Shown: positions 1 to 15,035, numbered from the whole stretch's first letter. The stretch: DNA of 62,949 bases, filler included, from Octopus bimaculoides (GCF_001194135.2; 9 parts of 9 records of this genome joined end to end with filler, not necessarily neighbours in it), one strand, 5' to 3'. Translations and numbers: made by a program. The notes: generated from the letters alone by a model not told the origin.

Positions 1-229
1 TGCACTTCTCCTGTAATTGTCTGACAGTAAAGATACAATCAGCTGTGCCCCTGGAGGAACGAAAACCACACTGAGACTCAGACACCATACTTGGAACTAT
101 AAAGGTATTTAAACGTTCTAACAAAATGCGGGCGAGCACCTTTCCAACCACAGACAAAAGGGAAATCCCACGAAAATTACCACACAGATCCTTTGGCCCC
201 GATTTATATAAGGAGACAAGAATGGCATC
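1..229 (-). mobile_element. RTE-clade LINE reverse transcriptase fragment, truncated at a (TA)n tract and running off the window start
   Basis: The minus-strand open frame reads DAILVSLYKSGPKDLCGNFRGISLLSVVGKVLARILLERLNTFIVPSMVSESQCGFRSSRGTADCIFTVRQLQEKC. This matches the NYRGISLLS...ESQCGFR...RQLQEKC RT signature of RTE elements. Confidence 0.92.
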
Positions 230-241
230 AATCCAATCCAT

Positions 242-272
<31 letters not shown>

Positions 273-1278
273 GCACACACTACACACATGAAATGTAATA
301 TAGCTGAGGAATCATTATTAAAGTTAAAGCAAATAGCATAATGATATGATATGATATAAATTGGTAGATGTAGAGCATCAAATCCAGCAACAGATCTTAG
401 AGAATATTACAACAATATAACATTGAGTAAAGTTAAACATATCAGTTACGGATACATAAATTACACACATAATATGAACTTGCATAAACTGCATTAAAAC
501 GCTCATTCACAAGTTATCATTCCTGGAGATGATAAAGTTTTGCAGTTTATTTTATAAATATTTGTTAAGCAATAGATTGTAATATCATCTTTCAGCCATC
601 ATATATTATTAATGTACAAAGCAATCGTATTTCGACTGCTAGTTTCCACAGTTTGCACAATTATTGCTCAGCTTGCTTCGAATTCTACTACTGCCATAGA
701 AGAGCTTACATAAGCTGTGTATACACATTACTTCAGGCTCATCTGTTTTCAAAGTATTTCCACTCTGCCTGTTCTGTTGTCATCTTGTTATCTTAACAAA
801 TAGATTTATTTCTATTTTTATATCAATCTCTTGTGCTGTGTGACATGTAGCTTGCGTCCATAGCTTTTCAGTAGATCTATTTATTCGACAACAAATTTTA
901 ACTCGGTCTGATATCTTACTTGTTGTTATCTATCTTGTATATATTACATATAGAAAATATGAAGCATTTACATATAGTTGGGGAAATGCACAGATAATTG
1001 TCAGATCTATTGCCATTGAAAATATTGACGGTGAGAATTTCAAACTATGTTACGACGTATCATAGAAGTGCAATTCATAATGCAGAGAGATTTGCATTTA
1101 TGTGGATGTCTGAAATAGTGTCCCCACAGAGAAATCAAAACATGATTGACATGAAAAGATACCAATCTGTATTTTAATTTCTCTTTTTATATCTCCCTGC
1201 TTCTCTGCCTACCTCTCTCTCCAAATACACACAATCACACACAATCACACACACACACACACATACACACACGTACAC

Positions 1279-1311
<33 letters not shown>

Positions 1312-2329
1312 CACACATGCATATACACAAGTAAACACACATATATGTATATTAAGATGGATAATATATTCATTTATGCATATACATATGCATACATATA
1401 AATACATATATAATACTCCTATATAAATTTACAATTTTATACATTAATCATACACATGCACACCTACGAATACACAGACATATACATCACACACAAAGAC
1501 ACACACCAAATATTTAAATGCGCATTCATCCACACCCCGTTAATTTTATACGAAAATTCTATGGAACTAAATTAGAAAATGAAAAAATAAATTTCCAAAT
1601 TGACACGAATTGTTCCAAAAAACATTTACTAGCAGAGTTGTTGCCCTTTTAAACCAACATACTGGAATGTTTATAGGTGTTAGTTAAAAAAAAAATTTCT
1701 TATAAAATACCTATATGTATCAGTCACTTTATTCACAGGTGTTTTCGCCTTAAAAGCAGGGTTATGTAAATAACACCAGTAAGTTCTTGTGCATTTGCTT
1801 AAGTGGTTCCAATGCTAATTCAAATTTAAATAATATTTTTGAATATATTATCTAAGGAAATATTGCATTTCGGGATGGTAATTGTTATTTATTATTTTTT
1901 TGACAAATAAACACTCACAATATATATTTGTTCTTCACTTGTTTATTACTGTTCTTATCTTAACTCATGTCCATTATCCGGAAATCTTTCATGACACATC
2001 TGTGACATCTTCAGCGAAATTTTCCGTCCTTATGTGTGCTCCTGCTCCGCTTAGTCCATTCTTTTCTTCCATATTAGTTTCCCATAAGAAATCTTGCAAG
2101 ACAAATTCATAAACGTATCTATGGAAATATTTTATTGAATTGTTGAAAACATCACAAGTTAAACATAATAATGAGTGCAAAATCTATCGGCTATATCTTC
2201 AATTTTACCAGACAATAACCGTCTCTCATATTCCACCCTGACTTGGTAGCGTGTACCATGTCCTTCCTAATTGCTTCAAACGCGTCTGTAATCACCAGCA
2301 GACATAGAAACACTCACAGCTCTTCGAGC

Positions 2330-2470
2330 CAATGAAACAGCGGGTATCTGGCAGATGACGAAAAAGAAGCCTGTCCAGCACTTCGCTGGAATTCATTTCC
2401 AGCAGAATAGACTGGAGCAACATGAAATGAAGCACCTTGCGTAATGAGATAACGTTCCGCCTGACCCACG
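2330..2470. mobile_element. Degenerate SINE-like fragment
   Basis: Contains GACTGGAGCAACATGAAATGAAGCACCTTGC, which I recognise as resembling a SINE-type repeat segment. It is short and diverged. Confidence 0.35.
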
Positions 2471-2859
2471 AATCGGAATCATGTCCATATGGATCCCAAC
2501 ACCCTAAAAAATCTTCTTGGCCCTAATTTCCAAACGAGACTAAGTACATATGGATATAAGAATGTATATTTGTTTATTCATAACCCACGTATTATTTGGT
2601 GTTTATTATTGAGTTGTTGCCATCTTCGTAAACGTTATATAAATGCGTTAGGTGAGACACTAATTTTCTTTACATTTTAAGAAGTAGCTTTCTGCTACAA
2701 TTATCTTCAGTTTGGTGAGTGGGAATTGAGCGAATCCAGACGAATTGTTAAGACACAACGAATCCTGTCATAGTAAAGAAGTTCACCGCTTGGTTACACG
2801 TTTCTCGCGTTTGATCCAACTGTACGGCACGCTCGGTAATTATTTTCTACCATAACCTT

Positions 2860-3690
2860 AGTCAGCTGAGATCAGATCATGTCAGGCCAGATCAGTCATG
2901 TCAGGTCAGTAAGAGGTGCATGCGACGTTGCAGAGTGTCACTCCATCAACCATTTGTTGGCATTTGCTCGAGTTGTTCGGGACGACCGTCCGAGTAGAGT
3001 CCCAGTCGGTCACCATCTATGTAAAATACCCCCTCATTCACCGTGACTATATGATATGCCATGTAGCTAACCAACAAGAGCTGTTATTCCAACCGTATTA
3101 CTCGGAGAAGATGATACGCAGATCTAACTCGGAAAATCGAATAGGGTGACCAAACAGTTTCAGCTGACGACCGCAAATCATATAAGTAACAGGACATATC
3201 CCACCCAGTTCCTGAGAATAGTCGTTGGGGTTACGATATTAGACCAATGGTAAGCCACAATCCGACGAAGCGCTCTGGTACCATGGAAGCTCAAGCGGCT
3301 CCCAACTTGCGGAACTTGGACAGTTTTCGAGTTTCGCAAGACAAGAATGACGAGAGACCTTAGTTAGTCCCAAACTGTACCAGCACGTTCAAATCTTTTT
3401 AAAACTTAGGACTCTCAGTTAATGCTGCTGTGGGCCACATTGCCGATATAAATGAAGCGGTCAACAAATTCGACATTCTCTGTCTCAACAGTGAGAGACG
3501 AGATGGAGTTCTCCAGAAAGCCAAGAAAAGACTGGATCTTTATCTTGATTCAAGTAGTTAGGCATTCTCGTTTACTTATAGGAGAGCACTCCTTAAGAGA
3601 TCCAGAGACTCAGCAAGAATAACCGCATCACCAACAAAATACAGATCAGTAATTTTAGTTTCTCCAATGAAATTAAAGTAGCCTTGAGAT
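2860..3690 (-). mobile_element. Decayed RTE-like LINE 3' region (RT C-terminus)
   Basis: Minus-strand translation with stops and frameshifts includes GDAVILAESLDLL, KIKIQSFLGFLE and EFVDRFIYIGNVAH, resembling RTE DAVILAESL...TKVQ...FTYLGS. Confidence 0.65.
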
Positions 3691-3828
3691 GACAAATATC
3701 TTATGAGAGCTATTATATGCACTTAGAGTATGCAGATATCTACTGCATCAGTATACACGCGCGCACTCACACACGCACGCACAGACACATACGCATACAC
3801 ATATACACATATATATTCAAATATATTG

Positions 3829-3865
<37 letters not shown>

Positions 3866-5799
3866 NNNNNNNNNNNNNNNNNNNNNNNNNNNNNNNNNNN
3901 NNNNNNNNNNNNNNNNNNNNNNNNNNNNNNNNNNNNNNNNNNNNNNNNNNNNNNNNNNNNNNNNNNNNNNNNNNNNNNNNNNNNNNNNNNNNNNNNNNNN
4001 NNNNNNNNNNNNNNNNNNNNNNNNNNNNNNNNNNNNNNNNNNNNNNNNNNNNNNNNNNNNNNNNNNNNNNNNNNNNNNNNNNNNNNNNNNNNNNNNNNNN
4101 NNNNNNNNNNNNNNNNNNNNNNNNNNNNNNNNNNNNNNNNNNNNNNNNNNNNNNNNNNNNNNNNNNNNNNNNNNNNNNNNNNNNNNNNNNNNNNNNNNNN
4201 NNNNNNNNNNNNNNNNNNNNNNNNNNNNNNNNNNNNNNNNNNNNNNNNNNNNNNNNNNNNNNNNNNNNNNNNNNNNNNNNNNNNNNNNNNNNNNNNNNNN
4301 NNNNNNNNNNNNNNNNNNNNNNNNNNNNNNNNNNNNNNNNNNGAACTGAAAAATTGTTTCTTTCAGCTGCATGTTCTCCAAAGACTTAGCGATATTTTCA
4401 GACGATTGTCGTCGTGAAAATTGCCTTAAACCGGTTACTGGTCTGTTCAGCCAACGTCAGTATTGTTCACAAATGACCAATAGATTCCCGTTATTTATTT
4501 ATTTCAAGTATATTACAGTCTGATAGTGTTCTCTTGAGTTCCGGATAAAGATTGATCCTGGATAGCTATTCTTTTCAAATCTAATTGTCTGAATAATATA
4601 CAGTAAGCATCTAAATCTCCTCTTCGTCGCAGATATTTACTAGAAACACATGAAACCATAATTATTTCGGTTTTATTGCCCGAAATTTTATTGTTTTGGA
4701 GATACGTACTTTTATTGATGTAATGTGGATTTTTTGTTAATGTAGATATTCCTGTAGTTGGTATTGCTGATAACACAAATATTTGTGTAAAAATTGTCAA
4801 CATTGATTAAACTAAAATGATAGGTTATTTCCGATATGACGCCAGAGATCATCTGCCAGCTTAATTTTCGGTCATACACTCAACGTAATGGACATCTACA
4901 ACTTTAAGAACGTGTCATTTGTGTGTGAGAGGTGTCCCTCTATATCTCCTCTCTCTCCCCCTCTCTCTCTATATATGTTTTTGTAAAAATTATTAACTAT
5001 TTAAAAAATATTCTAACCTTTGTAAAGGAAGTCCGTATATGTGTATTCTATGTCTAATGTGTATCTTGTGTGTAAGCGCTTTAGTTTTTCAATTTTTCAA
5101 ACATAAGTGTACCGGACTAATTCATAAAAAAGTTTTTTTGTTTTTTGTAATGGTGTTATCTATTTCCGGTTTAGCTTCGGATTTCAAATTCTTACAAATA
5201 TCCTAGCAGTCTAGATGAAATGTATAAATTCTGTTGAGAATCTCTCCTCAATTCTTTGCTGGTATTTGTCTATTTGCTAATCCTAATCCACGGGGGATAT
5301 GTGTGCAGAGACTAGTTGCGTCAAAGCTGACTAGGAGGCTCCTTATTCATTTTCTGGAATATAGTTTAGAAAGTCATCTCTGGTGAAACTAGGAACCAAT
5401 TTGCACAAAAGTTCCAAGGTTATCTCAAGCAAGTTGCTTAATCGTTGAGTGCACTTTAGCTTCTAAGTGTACGCATTCATCCTGTTTGTAGTTATTTTCT
5501 TAATTCATAGTATCTATAAGGAAACAAACGTTGTGTTCGAAGGAAACATTTAGTTGTAAAATTGGAAAAACAGTGTAAGTTATATTTGAAGTCTTCCCTG
5601 AATTTCACATTTTTACTGTTAATATAGTTGCTATTTTTAATGCTGTTTCAAGGAACACAAAAAAATTGACAGAATTTTTTGAGACATGAAAATTTAAACA
5701 TGAAATGTGGTTCCAAGTAACAGTTGTTGTTCATAAGCTGTATTTCGCATTTTCATTTTAATTCACAGCGTTATACAGATTTGAACCACTTGATTTACA

Positions 5800-6700
5800 T
5801 TCTAATATTTCATTAACTAAACATCTTCGTGGTTGCTATACGAGTAATTTCTTTAACAAGGTTAAGTTCTATTTTGCTTAGAGGTAGGCTCATTATCAAT
5901 TTTTTTGGCTGTTGATAAATTGCATAGTCGGCGCTATGTATTAAGCAATCGACTGAGGACTTAATATCAAAGGCCTCACAAATAATTTACACAAATTCTT
6001 TTAATCCAATGAGAATCTCAAACCTTAATAATGCGGAGAGCAAATGTGATCACACACGGAACAAAGTAGGATGGAAGACTTGAGCGTGAGATTCAAGTTA
6101 GGCTATTCTACTATCTGGCGTGGAATATTTAACATTTTCTCCAGATATATATGATAATAAAACTATAGATTCCTCGCCTGCAAGTTAATTATACAGTTTT
6201 CGTCTGTGTTTTATAGCTGGTGTAATAAGGTTGGTAGCTGATGATTGTCCTTGATAAATATCAAAGAAGGTTCTCATTGTTGGATTGGGAGGAGGGTGCA
6301 TTATAGGGCAGGCCTTGTATGTTGAATACCTTACAGCCGACGCTGTTGCTTCAGTACAGTTGACTCTACGTTGTTGTTGATGGTGATGATGAAACATACG
6401 CATAAGTTGCTGTTGTTTTTAACTCTAGGTATCCAATTACAAGACGTTTTGGCCACGATTAGCCTGCATCGTCTATAACTACTAAATTCCAATGTGGTCA
6501 TCCTTTATTTTTCTAAGGTAGTTGATTCTGATTCGAAGGAATATTTAGGTGATATCTGTAATAAGTAGAGGGATCACATATAAGCTGCATTGTTGGTTCA
6601 CCGATGTTGTAGTTTCTAATATGATTAAATTGTTGTCTTATTATGTTTGTGGATACATTTGACGTTTACAGTATATTTATCGACAGTGCTAAATCTTATT
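5800..6700 (-). mobile_element. Highly decayed Penelope-like element, linker and GIY-YIG region
   Basis: Minus-strand remnants PKRLVIGYLELKN, YSTYKACPIMH (CxxC-like) and IYQGQSSATN...KHRRK resemble the PLE linker and endonuclease. Many stops. Confidence 0.4.
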
Positions 6701-7577
6701 TAGATTTTGATGTCATCTTACTAGATTTTCGTATTATTTTTCTTTGGTTCTGGCAAAAGTGCTAACATTAGGGGCAAAACATAGAATGGGAGGTTATAAA
6801 GATTGGTTAGAGTTAATGGTACTTTATTTTCCTCGATGTTAGGCTCATATAGATCTAACAGGCATTAGAGTTTATGACCGAAAAATGTGCAGAGATTATT
6901 GCAGATCATGGCATCATCACTGAAAGTTTTAGTTTCATGCGGTGTTGAGGTTAGCATAGCCTGATGAAGTGCATCTTTCTATCGTCAATGATACAAGAAA
7001 TAAGCGGATAAATAGGGATAAAATAAAAATTGATCGTATATCACCGAATCATCTCAACGAGTGCTTACCACCACTAACTGCTGCTAAACAAGCTAAACAA
7101 GCCAGAGCTTAGGGGCTTCACAATTCACAGTGACTTCACATGAATTCAAACATATATAGTTATATACAGTTATATTTAATATGCTTGCACAAATTCGGAC
7201 AAGGAAGGACAGTACACAGCAAAAGTCATCTCGAGGGAAGTAATTCTCTTTATAGATAATTCTGTTTACATCTATATTTAAAGGAGCAAAAATTCCATGG
7301 TCTATAAATATTCATATTGATGCTTAAATTTACGGATCCTCATAAGATTGTTTAATTATGTTAAACATTTCGTTTATGTCTTCACTTTAGTTCCATAGTT
7401 AATATTGTTGAACGTGCAACATTTCAAATTGTTTCATTACGTAAAAAAGATTTAATGTCTTTGATTTTATTCAATAAATAGGGTTGTTAAAACTTTTACA
7501 CTCGAACGCATGACATTGAAACCAGAATATTACAGATGATTGTATTTGCTTCCGTGGTTACTTAATATTAACAAGCA

Positions 7578-7578
7578 C

Positions 7579-7646
<68 letters not shown>
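7578..7646. repeat. (AGT)n microsatellite
   Basis: Perfect trinucleotide run. Confidence 0.95.
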
Positions 7647-7647
<1 letters not shown>

Positions 7648-8829
7648 TTTAACGAACATGTTAATAAGAAATGAACACTTTTTTTTTCCAAAATGTGTTT
7701 CCAGATATTAATTGCATCCTTATACGGAAACCGCTCCCTCCATTTCTTAACAAAAAATAACATGATTGGCGTAAAAATAACTGCAAATCATTATAAACTA
7801 GTGCACTTATTTTAGTTAGCTCTTGCATAACCTAACTAGTTTCATTTACTTTACTTGCTTGAGCAACCGACAGCAACCTGCTGTTCGCTGTCCCGATCTT
7901 TCAGAAACGTTTCCAACTCTTGTTCGTACCTTTCTGGTACTTTATTAATTACGAAGGAAAGATAAGGAAAGAAGTAACACGCCTCACAGCACACAAAGGA
8001 AGGGTAAAAATAGTTTTTGGCACGTTTAATAGTTGCTGTTGTTTTTCGTTTATATTTATATCTTCACTTCGAACAAATTTAAGGTAGGTGTGCGAAAAGT
8101 AAAACAAAATTTCTATTCAAAAGAGAATGAGTGTTGTTTACTCGACTAAAATATTCGCTTGTCGCTGCTATTAATTCATGTGTGAAAAGCGAACTAAATT
8201 TATATTAAGATTTAATCTTTTTCATCCTGTTTAGTTTCAAGTCTAAAATATTCCAATGTTGACATTGTTTTTTCATTTCTCTATAATCAATATTGAGATC
8301 GATACATTCAAGTTATATATCATCCTTTTAACAGATGCCTACTGAAGTTCCTTATTTTAGCTTAGTGGTTAGCTCTCTTGAGATGCACCGTGACTTCGGT
8401 TCTTGCTTGAAATCTTTTCGCTTAAAGTTTGCCACAAATCATTTTTGAAAAGAACTGGCACATCAAAATTCCTATTTTATTTTCTACCTGAAAAAAGAAA
8501 AAAATACCAAGTGTCAATTCAGGTAGGAATGGTTATTATTGCTGGTGTTGTTCTATAACCCAGAAGGCTTGAAGGCGCTGTCTTATAGCATGAATTTAGT
8601 CGGTAGAAGCTCAAGGCAGGACCAAAATATTTATTTCCCTAGTTATTACGTGTTTCCGCCAAGTTGAGAACGATACTGCACACTTCGACATACAATGATG
8701 AATCAATCGCATACCGTGCTGCGTCACAATCCATGTATATTGCCTTTTCCCCATTTTTCGGTCTGTTCCTGTAGACTCACAGGCGTTGAAGGCGGCCATA
8801 GCAAGTAAGAATACTGAAACTTCAGAGAG

Positions 8830-11800
8830 CGATCGTTAGTGTTCACCTGCACAATGTTTCGACTCCTTAAATCTATAGATGTTGCAGCTATTTTTGTATA
8901 TACGTTTCTTATGCTTGTCTCAGTTGAGTGGGGGCAATATTAACTCTAGGATGTTGTAGTAGTGCTCTAGGGTTTGTAAGTGCCTGAGTGACTTGGAATA
9001 GTTATTCATACTCTTACATGGAATGTGTAATGAGGTATGGAACTGAGATAGACTATCCCTCTCACATATCCCGGTGGCTTTCAATTTTTAGCAGTTTTGT
9101 TTCATTATACTTGGGATACAAGTGTAACTTGTATAAAACTTCTTACGCATAGTGTGCTATTTTGTATTCTTTCTAGTTTTTCTTTATATCGTCGAGAGAT
9201 TTGGGCTGCATGATAACACTTTCACATTGTACACGATTGTTACTGTTTCTTTCTCTTAATTAACTCCATACCTATGATTCATTTAAGTATATTTGTGCGA
9301 CATTTTACATTCTTCGTTATATTTTTCACGTGTTGTGAAATTTATTAAGCAGTATGTAACGTCTAGTATTTTTCTTTATTTTTTGGTGTTTTTTATTTAT
9401 ATATAGTTAGGGCTGAGGTTAAATTTTATTCTCTGATGATGATGAATGAAAGTAAACTGTCGATTTCATAGGTGCTGCTCGAAGTCTATTGTTATGGAGG
9501 CATATGTCTATATGATTTATGTAGAGTTCGACTAGTGTGCAGCAGTGCCTGGAGAATGGTGGCACAATATGAGTCTGATGTCATTAACGTATGAGATTGT
9601 GCAAGTGTTTTGTGATGGCATAGGAAGTTAGAATAGGTATAGTTTGAAAAGTGTGAGTAGGTAGGTAGACTCCTATGATGCCTCATTCTACAAAATGGTA
9701 GTTCAGTAAATATTGTTCTTGTGGGCTATAATTCTTGAAGACATTAGTCTGATTTTTGCGTTCTATTCTTAAGGTGTTGTTGAGTAACTTTTATATAGGT
9801 GACTTTAAGAGAACGAAGTCAAAAAACTTTGCTGTTGTAGGAGAGAAACCAATAGTTTATCGTACCATAGTAGGACCACAATATGTTTCTAATTATACGC
9901 TTTATGCCGAAGCAACTTTAGATAACTGTATATATACCACACCCACTGTACATGTCCTAGACACATATGGAATTGAGGTTAGATATAATACCAAAATATT
10001 GTAGAGAATTAAGTACTTAATGCACAATTGAAGTGGAGATAAACAGATCAAATGCTGAAACCTGGGTTCACTTTTTAGTTGCCAATCTTTCACTTACACC
10101 ACTAATGTTAATGAAAGCTTGTAATTCAATATTATGATCATTATATAAGTAATTCTTCTTCTGCGCCGATAATGAAAACTTTTCGTTAGCAACTGTTAGT
10201 TGTTTGTGAAAACTTGCTTAAGACATTTGGAGCTCATTTTTGTAAACAAGAGACATGTATTAGACTCTGACTTTGATTTTTCAATGTAGTCTTTCTGAAT
10301 CTCATTGTAACTAATAGGTTTTTCCGATACGTGAAAACTATAAATGGCATTTAGAATGATCTAATTATTCAATGTTTCATCTTACCATTGTAAAATCGCT
10401 CAATATAGAAGATTGGTCTGAAATAGCGATATAAAAGAAGTAATTTGGAGCAGGCAGACACAAATTGGTTGAAACGTCTACGACTAAAGGTTAACAGGAT
10501 TGGGGAGGCAATCGGAATTGAATTGTTACAGAAATGTATCAGCTGATGTAATATGGTATTATCTTTGTATGACAGCTTAGCTAAGATTTGTACATATTCT
10601 GTTCGAAGAAGCTATAGACGACAAAGCAAATTGTGATGAAGATACGAGTAAAAGAAATTCAAAGAGACAGAAAGCACGCAAAGCTTGTAACATTGGGTAT
10701 ATAAAAGAATTGAAAGGGGTTAAGGACGTAATAAAATTCGATAAGTTGAAAAAAAAGATTGAAAGGTCAGTCTGGTTTGACACACCAGCATACAAGAAAC
10801 AACAAGTGTATGAAGTATCAGCAAACACGAAGGAAGGAAATCTAAGTTATAAAATAATAAAAGTTCAACAGCTGATGATATGTTGCAACAAGTGACAAAG
10901 AACAATGTGTTACTTGAAGTCAGCTTTGATATTATACGACTCATTATGAAACGTGACATAAACTAAATTGTAAAATGATTCCAAAGTTAACTCATTACAA
11001 ATATGGATATTGTAATAACTTAAAATATGTTAAGTTTCTTTTGCGACACTGTATTAGTTACAAAAAGTATTCAATATTTGTAAGGGCAGAAATAGAATTT
11101 AATAAAACAAGTGACGTATACATAGGCGATCGATCTGCTGAAGATGAAGTCAGTTCTACCTCATATTATACTCAATGTCTTAAAAATAGATAGCGAATAT
11201 TTAGGATCTGGTGGGGTTCTAGATGCATTATCCCTGAATAAAAAGAAAAGGATGGATATGTTTGGAATGCCTCTAAGAAAAAGTCTGTCAATCAGTATTG
11301 AGCTTTATCTAAACAACAATAAGGAAATGTTCTAGCGATTTTGAAGGAATGAAAGTTAAAGTTGATCAGCATGCGAGTGGAAATTCTGACGGAGAGTGAC
11401 CCACCTAAGCAGCACATCACGCTTGTACAGATGTCACTTTCATGCAGCTCCATCCATTGTTCTATTTATAGACAATAATGATTTTCTTAGATTTGATCTT
11501 TATCTTCTTGACTCTGTCTTCATATTTCTCTGCTCCCTCTCTCTACAGAGCGTCATATTGTATCCGGTTTCTAGTTTCTTTCATAACCTTCATACAAGTG
11601 AAATCTGAGCTAACAAAACGACCTATGATCAGAGGCAATCCAGACGTGGCCATACTGTTTTTTATGGAGTATCTAAGGCAGTTATATTCAAAATTTTCTA
11701 TCGACTCAGGGTACATTCCAATAGGTGTTAAGAATATTTCGACACACCAGTAGCTTTTGAAAATGTTTCTTATGAAATAAAAAGGAGCGTTAAAATTGTC

Positions 11801-12500
11801 TTAAACAGAGATGTGTGCACAGACTGCACAATGCCGCAAAAAAATAGACATGCGGTATTCTGCCATTTTATGACATACTCGAGATCTTACGACAGACTTG
11901 TGAACCATAGAGTTAGAAAATATCTGGTATAGGACTACATTATCCAAGGTGTCATTTCTGTTCTTAAGTCCGTAGGGTGTAATTTATTTGCAATATCTTG
12001 CAGGCTGAATGATTGTAGAAGTTCTGTCATTGGCTTTGATTAATCCAGAGTGTAATACTGATGTGTAGAAGGAAGAGGAATTATAAAAAGAGAATAATAT
12101 CCAAGAATTGACTCTCCATATCATGTGTAGCATAATAATTGGCAATGCAATTGTCTACTTTGAACACGAGAAAGCAGCCACTGTTATTTCATTCATTCTT
12201 GGTAATGTAGGCGCTATGCATAGGATAATAACACAAATATAAAACAAAAATACAGAGGAAAATAAAGCAGTGTTGAATACAGCAACAGGTTTAAAGCTTG
12301 TTTCAAGGGTTGAAGATGATATAAGGATATTTTCATTTCCATTATATTTATTTATTTGCAAACCTTCTCAATCCTATCTTAAAAGAAACGAACACTGGAC
12401 AGATCAAAGAAAAAAAACCTGGTTGAAGATACGAGAAGAATCTGAATTTCGTTGTAACATCTCTTGTTCCCATATCGATTAGGACACAGTAATATCACTT
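8830..12500 (-). mobile_element. Decayed Penelope-like element (Neptune/Poseidon-type). The core at 8850-10600 is best supported and the upstream extent is uncertain.
   Basis: Minus-strand remnants occur in the expected order: RFNQFVSACSKLL (GRPIVSACS-like), YLILYNIL...TCTVG...GPTMVR (RT core), LPTYSHFSNY...CHHKTLAQS (KPTDSHSYL...HP.H.K-like), then a degenerate GIY-YIG region. Confidence 0.5.
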
Positions 12501-12841
12501 CGTGATACAGTTTCCGATAAAATGTCTTTTTGAAATCAATTGAGTTATCAGTAATTATGAATAGGGTTTTGAGATATATCCTTCATTTTTTTTTTCTGTA
12601 CTGATCATCTGAAGAGATTGTGTCACTGAGTATCTTAAATAAATATTCTGAACAACAGAGATGGTGGGGGTGATCAAAGGCGTGTAGCGATACAATAAAT
12701 CTAATAAAGACAGCAGCTGTGGGGAGATAGACAGAATGAAATACAGCGGAAGATGTAGAAAACAAAAGTGGAGATATATTTGACTAATGTTTAATGAAGC
12801 ATTGTTATAAGCGTTGTCCGAGGGAGGTAGATACCGAGAGC

Positions 12842-12878
<37 letters not shown>

Positions 12879-14052
12879 AGAGTGGAAGAGAGAGTAAAAT
12901 GAAAGAGTTTATATATTTTCAGTTTATTAGAATGGTTCACCACAGTGATTTTTCTTGATAAAAATATACATGTTAAAGAAAAAGCCCAACCAGCTGTTGA
13001 CATTGCAATTTATGTCACAAAAGAGAATAGAATAGGATAGAATTTTAAAAGGAAATATTCTCTGAAAAGAGAGAGAGGCGGAGAAAGAGAAGGAGCAGAC
13101 AGGCATATGCAGACAGAGACAAGCAGACAAAGATCAACCGAGAACGGCACTGACAGTGGGGGAGGGGGCAAAGAAAAGGTGGACGGATAAACAGAAAAAG
13201 AGATAGGGAGTAAAAGAATATTGTAAGGCAGAACAAAAGAGAATATAGTCAATCAAGAAATCGGTGCGCTAGAATGACAGCTTTTATGGGTCACTGTCGA
13301 TTGCGTATATAAAATGGTATGAAAAAGATGAAGGAAAAATGAAATTCCAATTGGAATATTCTTGAAGATAAGTTTAGATTAACTGAAAGCATATGGAAAA
13401 GGAACAATAATGAGATTGAGGGATAGAATCAAAAGTGGGAAGGGGAAGAGAGGTGTGGTTTTGGAGTTTGTAGAGAAGGGAGGTGTGTGTTCGATTTTAT
13501 TGATTCGAAGAAAACATACGAAGATATAAGAGAAGAAAAGGAGAGAGAAGGAACGGGAGAGAGAGAGAGAGAGAGGGAGAGACAGAGAAAGATTGCGTAT
13601 TTGTATGTGTGAGTGTGTGCGTATGTCTATGTATTAAGAAATGTAAAAAGAGAAAAGAGTTATTAAGGAGAGATAAAATAAAATGAAGTGTGAATAAGAC
13701 AGAACTGTAGTATATAATTTTATTTTGAGGACTGAAGTAGAGGGGCAAAGATGAAGATGATGAATCAGAAGTTAGATCTGTGAAGAAAATTGAAAAAGAA
13801 ACGTTTGTACAATATACGTGAAAGAGAGAGGGGAAGTAAGAGAAATGAAGAGACAAAGAGAGGCAACGAAAGGATGAAGGAGAAAAAGGAAGGAGATATA
13901 TTGTAAATCAGAATGTTTGACAGAACATCCTCAAAAAGAAAGAGAATGAAACATTATGAGGAGAAAAATAAAAGATACTGGAGGGTGACGAAACGAATAA
14001 ATGAAAAGAAGGCTATTATATGAGGATATTGCATTTTAAAACTGCAGAGAGT

Positions 14053-14117
<65 letters not shown>

Positions 14118-14739
14118 AAAGAAAAAGGGAGAGGGAGACAGAGATATGTCAGTTTCCGAAGATATTGCTACGGGTGATATTGTTACACGTGAGAAACAGT
14201 TTTAGCGATAGATAATACAGTGGAGTGAGTTGTTGTGAAGTAGGTGAAGAAAGAATACGTATAAATACATACATACACACAGACAGACAGACATGCATGC
14301 ATACACACACATACACACACATATAGTCATATAATCTGGTTAATAACCTTATAATGTGCTTTCGAAAGCTCTTCTCCCTGTGTTGGCTATCAAGTGTTGT
14401 CATACAGTAGGATAATCCGCATATATCTGTAGAATGTAAAGTTTAATACAAGAAACTGGATTGAATAAGATTTATTACACATTACTACAATTGTTTCAAC
14501 GCTTCGTTATCAGATGCTAGTTGTTGAGTGTTACGCAATATTGCATTCGCAGTTCCCCCTCTGCTTAGTTTGGTAAAGGCCAAAAATTTTGAAGTCACTG
14601 TCAACACTATTCTTCTTTAAGAATCATACATACAGCTGCAGCCCCGCAAACACATACACACACGCGCACACGCACCCACCCACACGTATATATGCATATA
14701 CGCATGAAAATATTTATATACGCCAGTCAGTAGACTACG

Positions 14740-15035
14740 TTCAAATCCATTATCTAAATTCATGTCCTGAGATCCTGTGAGATCTTTTTTGTCAACTGCA
14801 TTTAGTTTTATTTATGCAAATTAATCTTGGCTAAGAATATTCGGAGCTCTTTTTCTATATGGGAAATTCTATATGAATTTTGTGCTTTCTGTGCGGAAAA
14901 GTTAATACAACACACCACAAAATAGCATCTAATACGATAATTCGTATTGCTCTTCAAACCGAAGTAAAGTACCAGCCCTTGCAGAATTTTCCACACGTGA
15001 ATTGTTACATATTTATCGTATCTTTGCCCCAAGGA
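14740..15035 (-). mobile_element. CR1-group LINE 3' RT fragment
   Basis: ORF 14808-15032 reads QRYDKYVTIHVWKILQGLVLYFGLKSNTN, resembling the RRERY.IIY.WKILEGLVPN motif of CR1-group LINE C-termini. Confidence 0.6.

Noticed and set aside
600-2290. Possible piggyBac remnant on the minus strand (CANCGN..SKYDC; RCHRC; IDFALII)
   Set aside because: The motif matches are short and heavily interrupted, and no TTAA-bounded TIRs were found. This is insufficient without a profile search.
9756-11753. Cluster of plus-strand 60-90 aa ORFs resembling a novel gene or viral insert
   Set aside because: The core is better explained as the antisense of a decayed Penelope-like element. No recognisable domain or splice pattern is present on the + strand.
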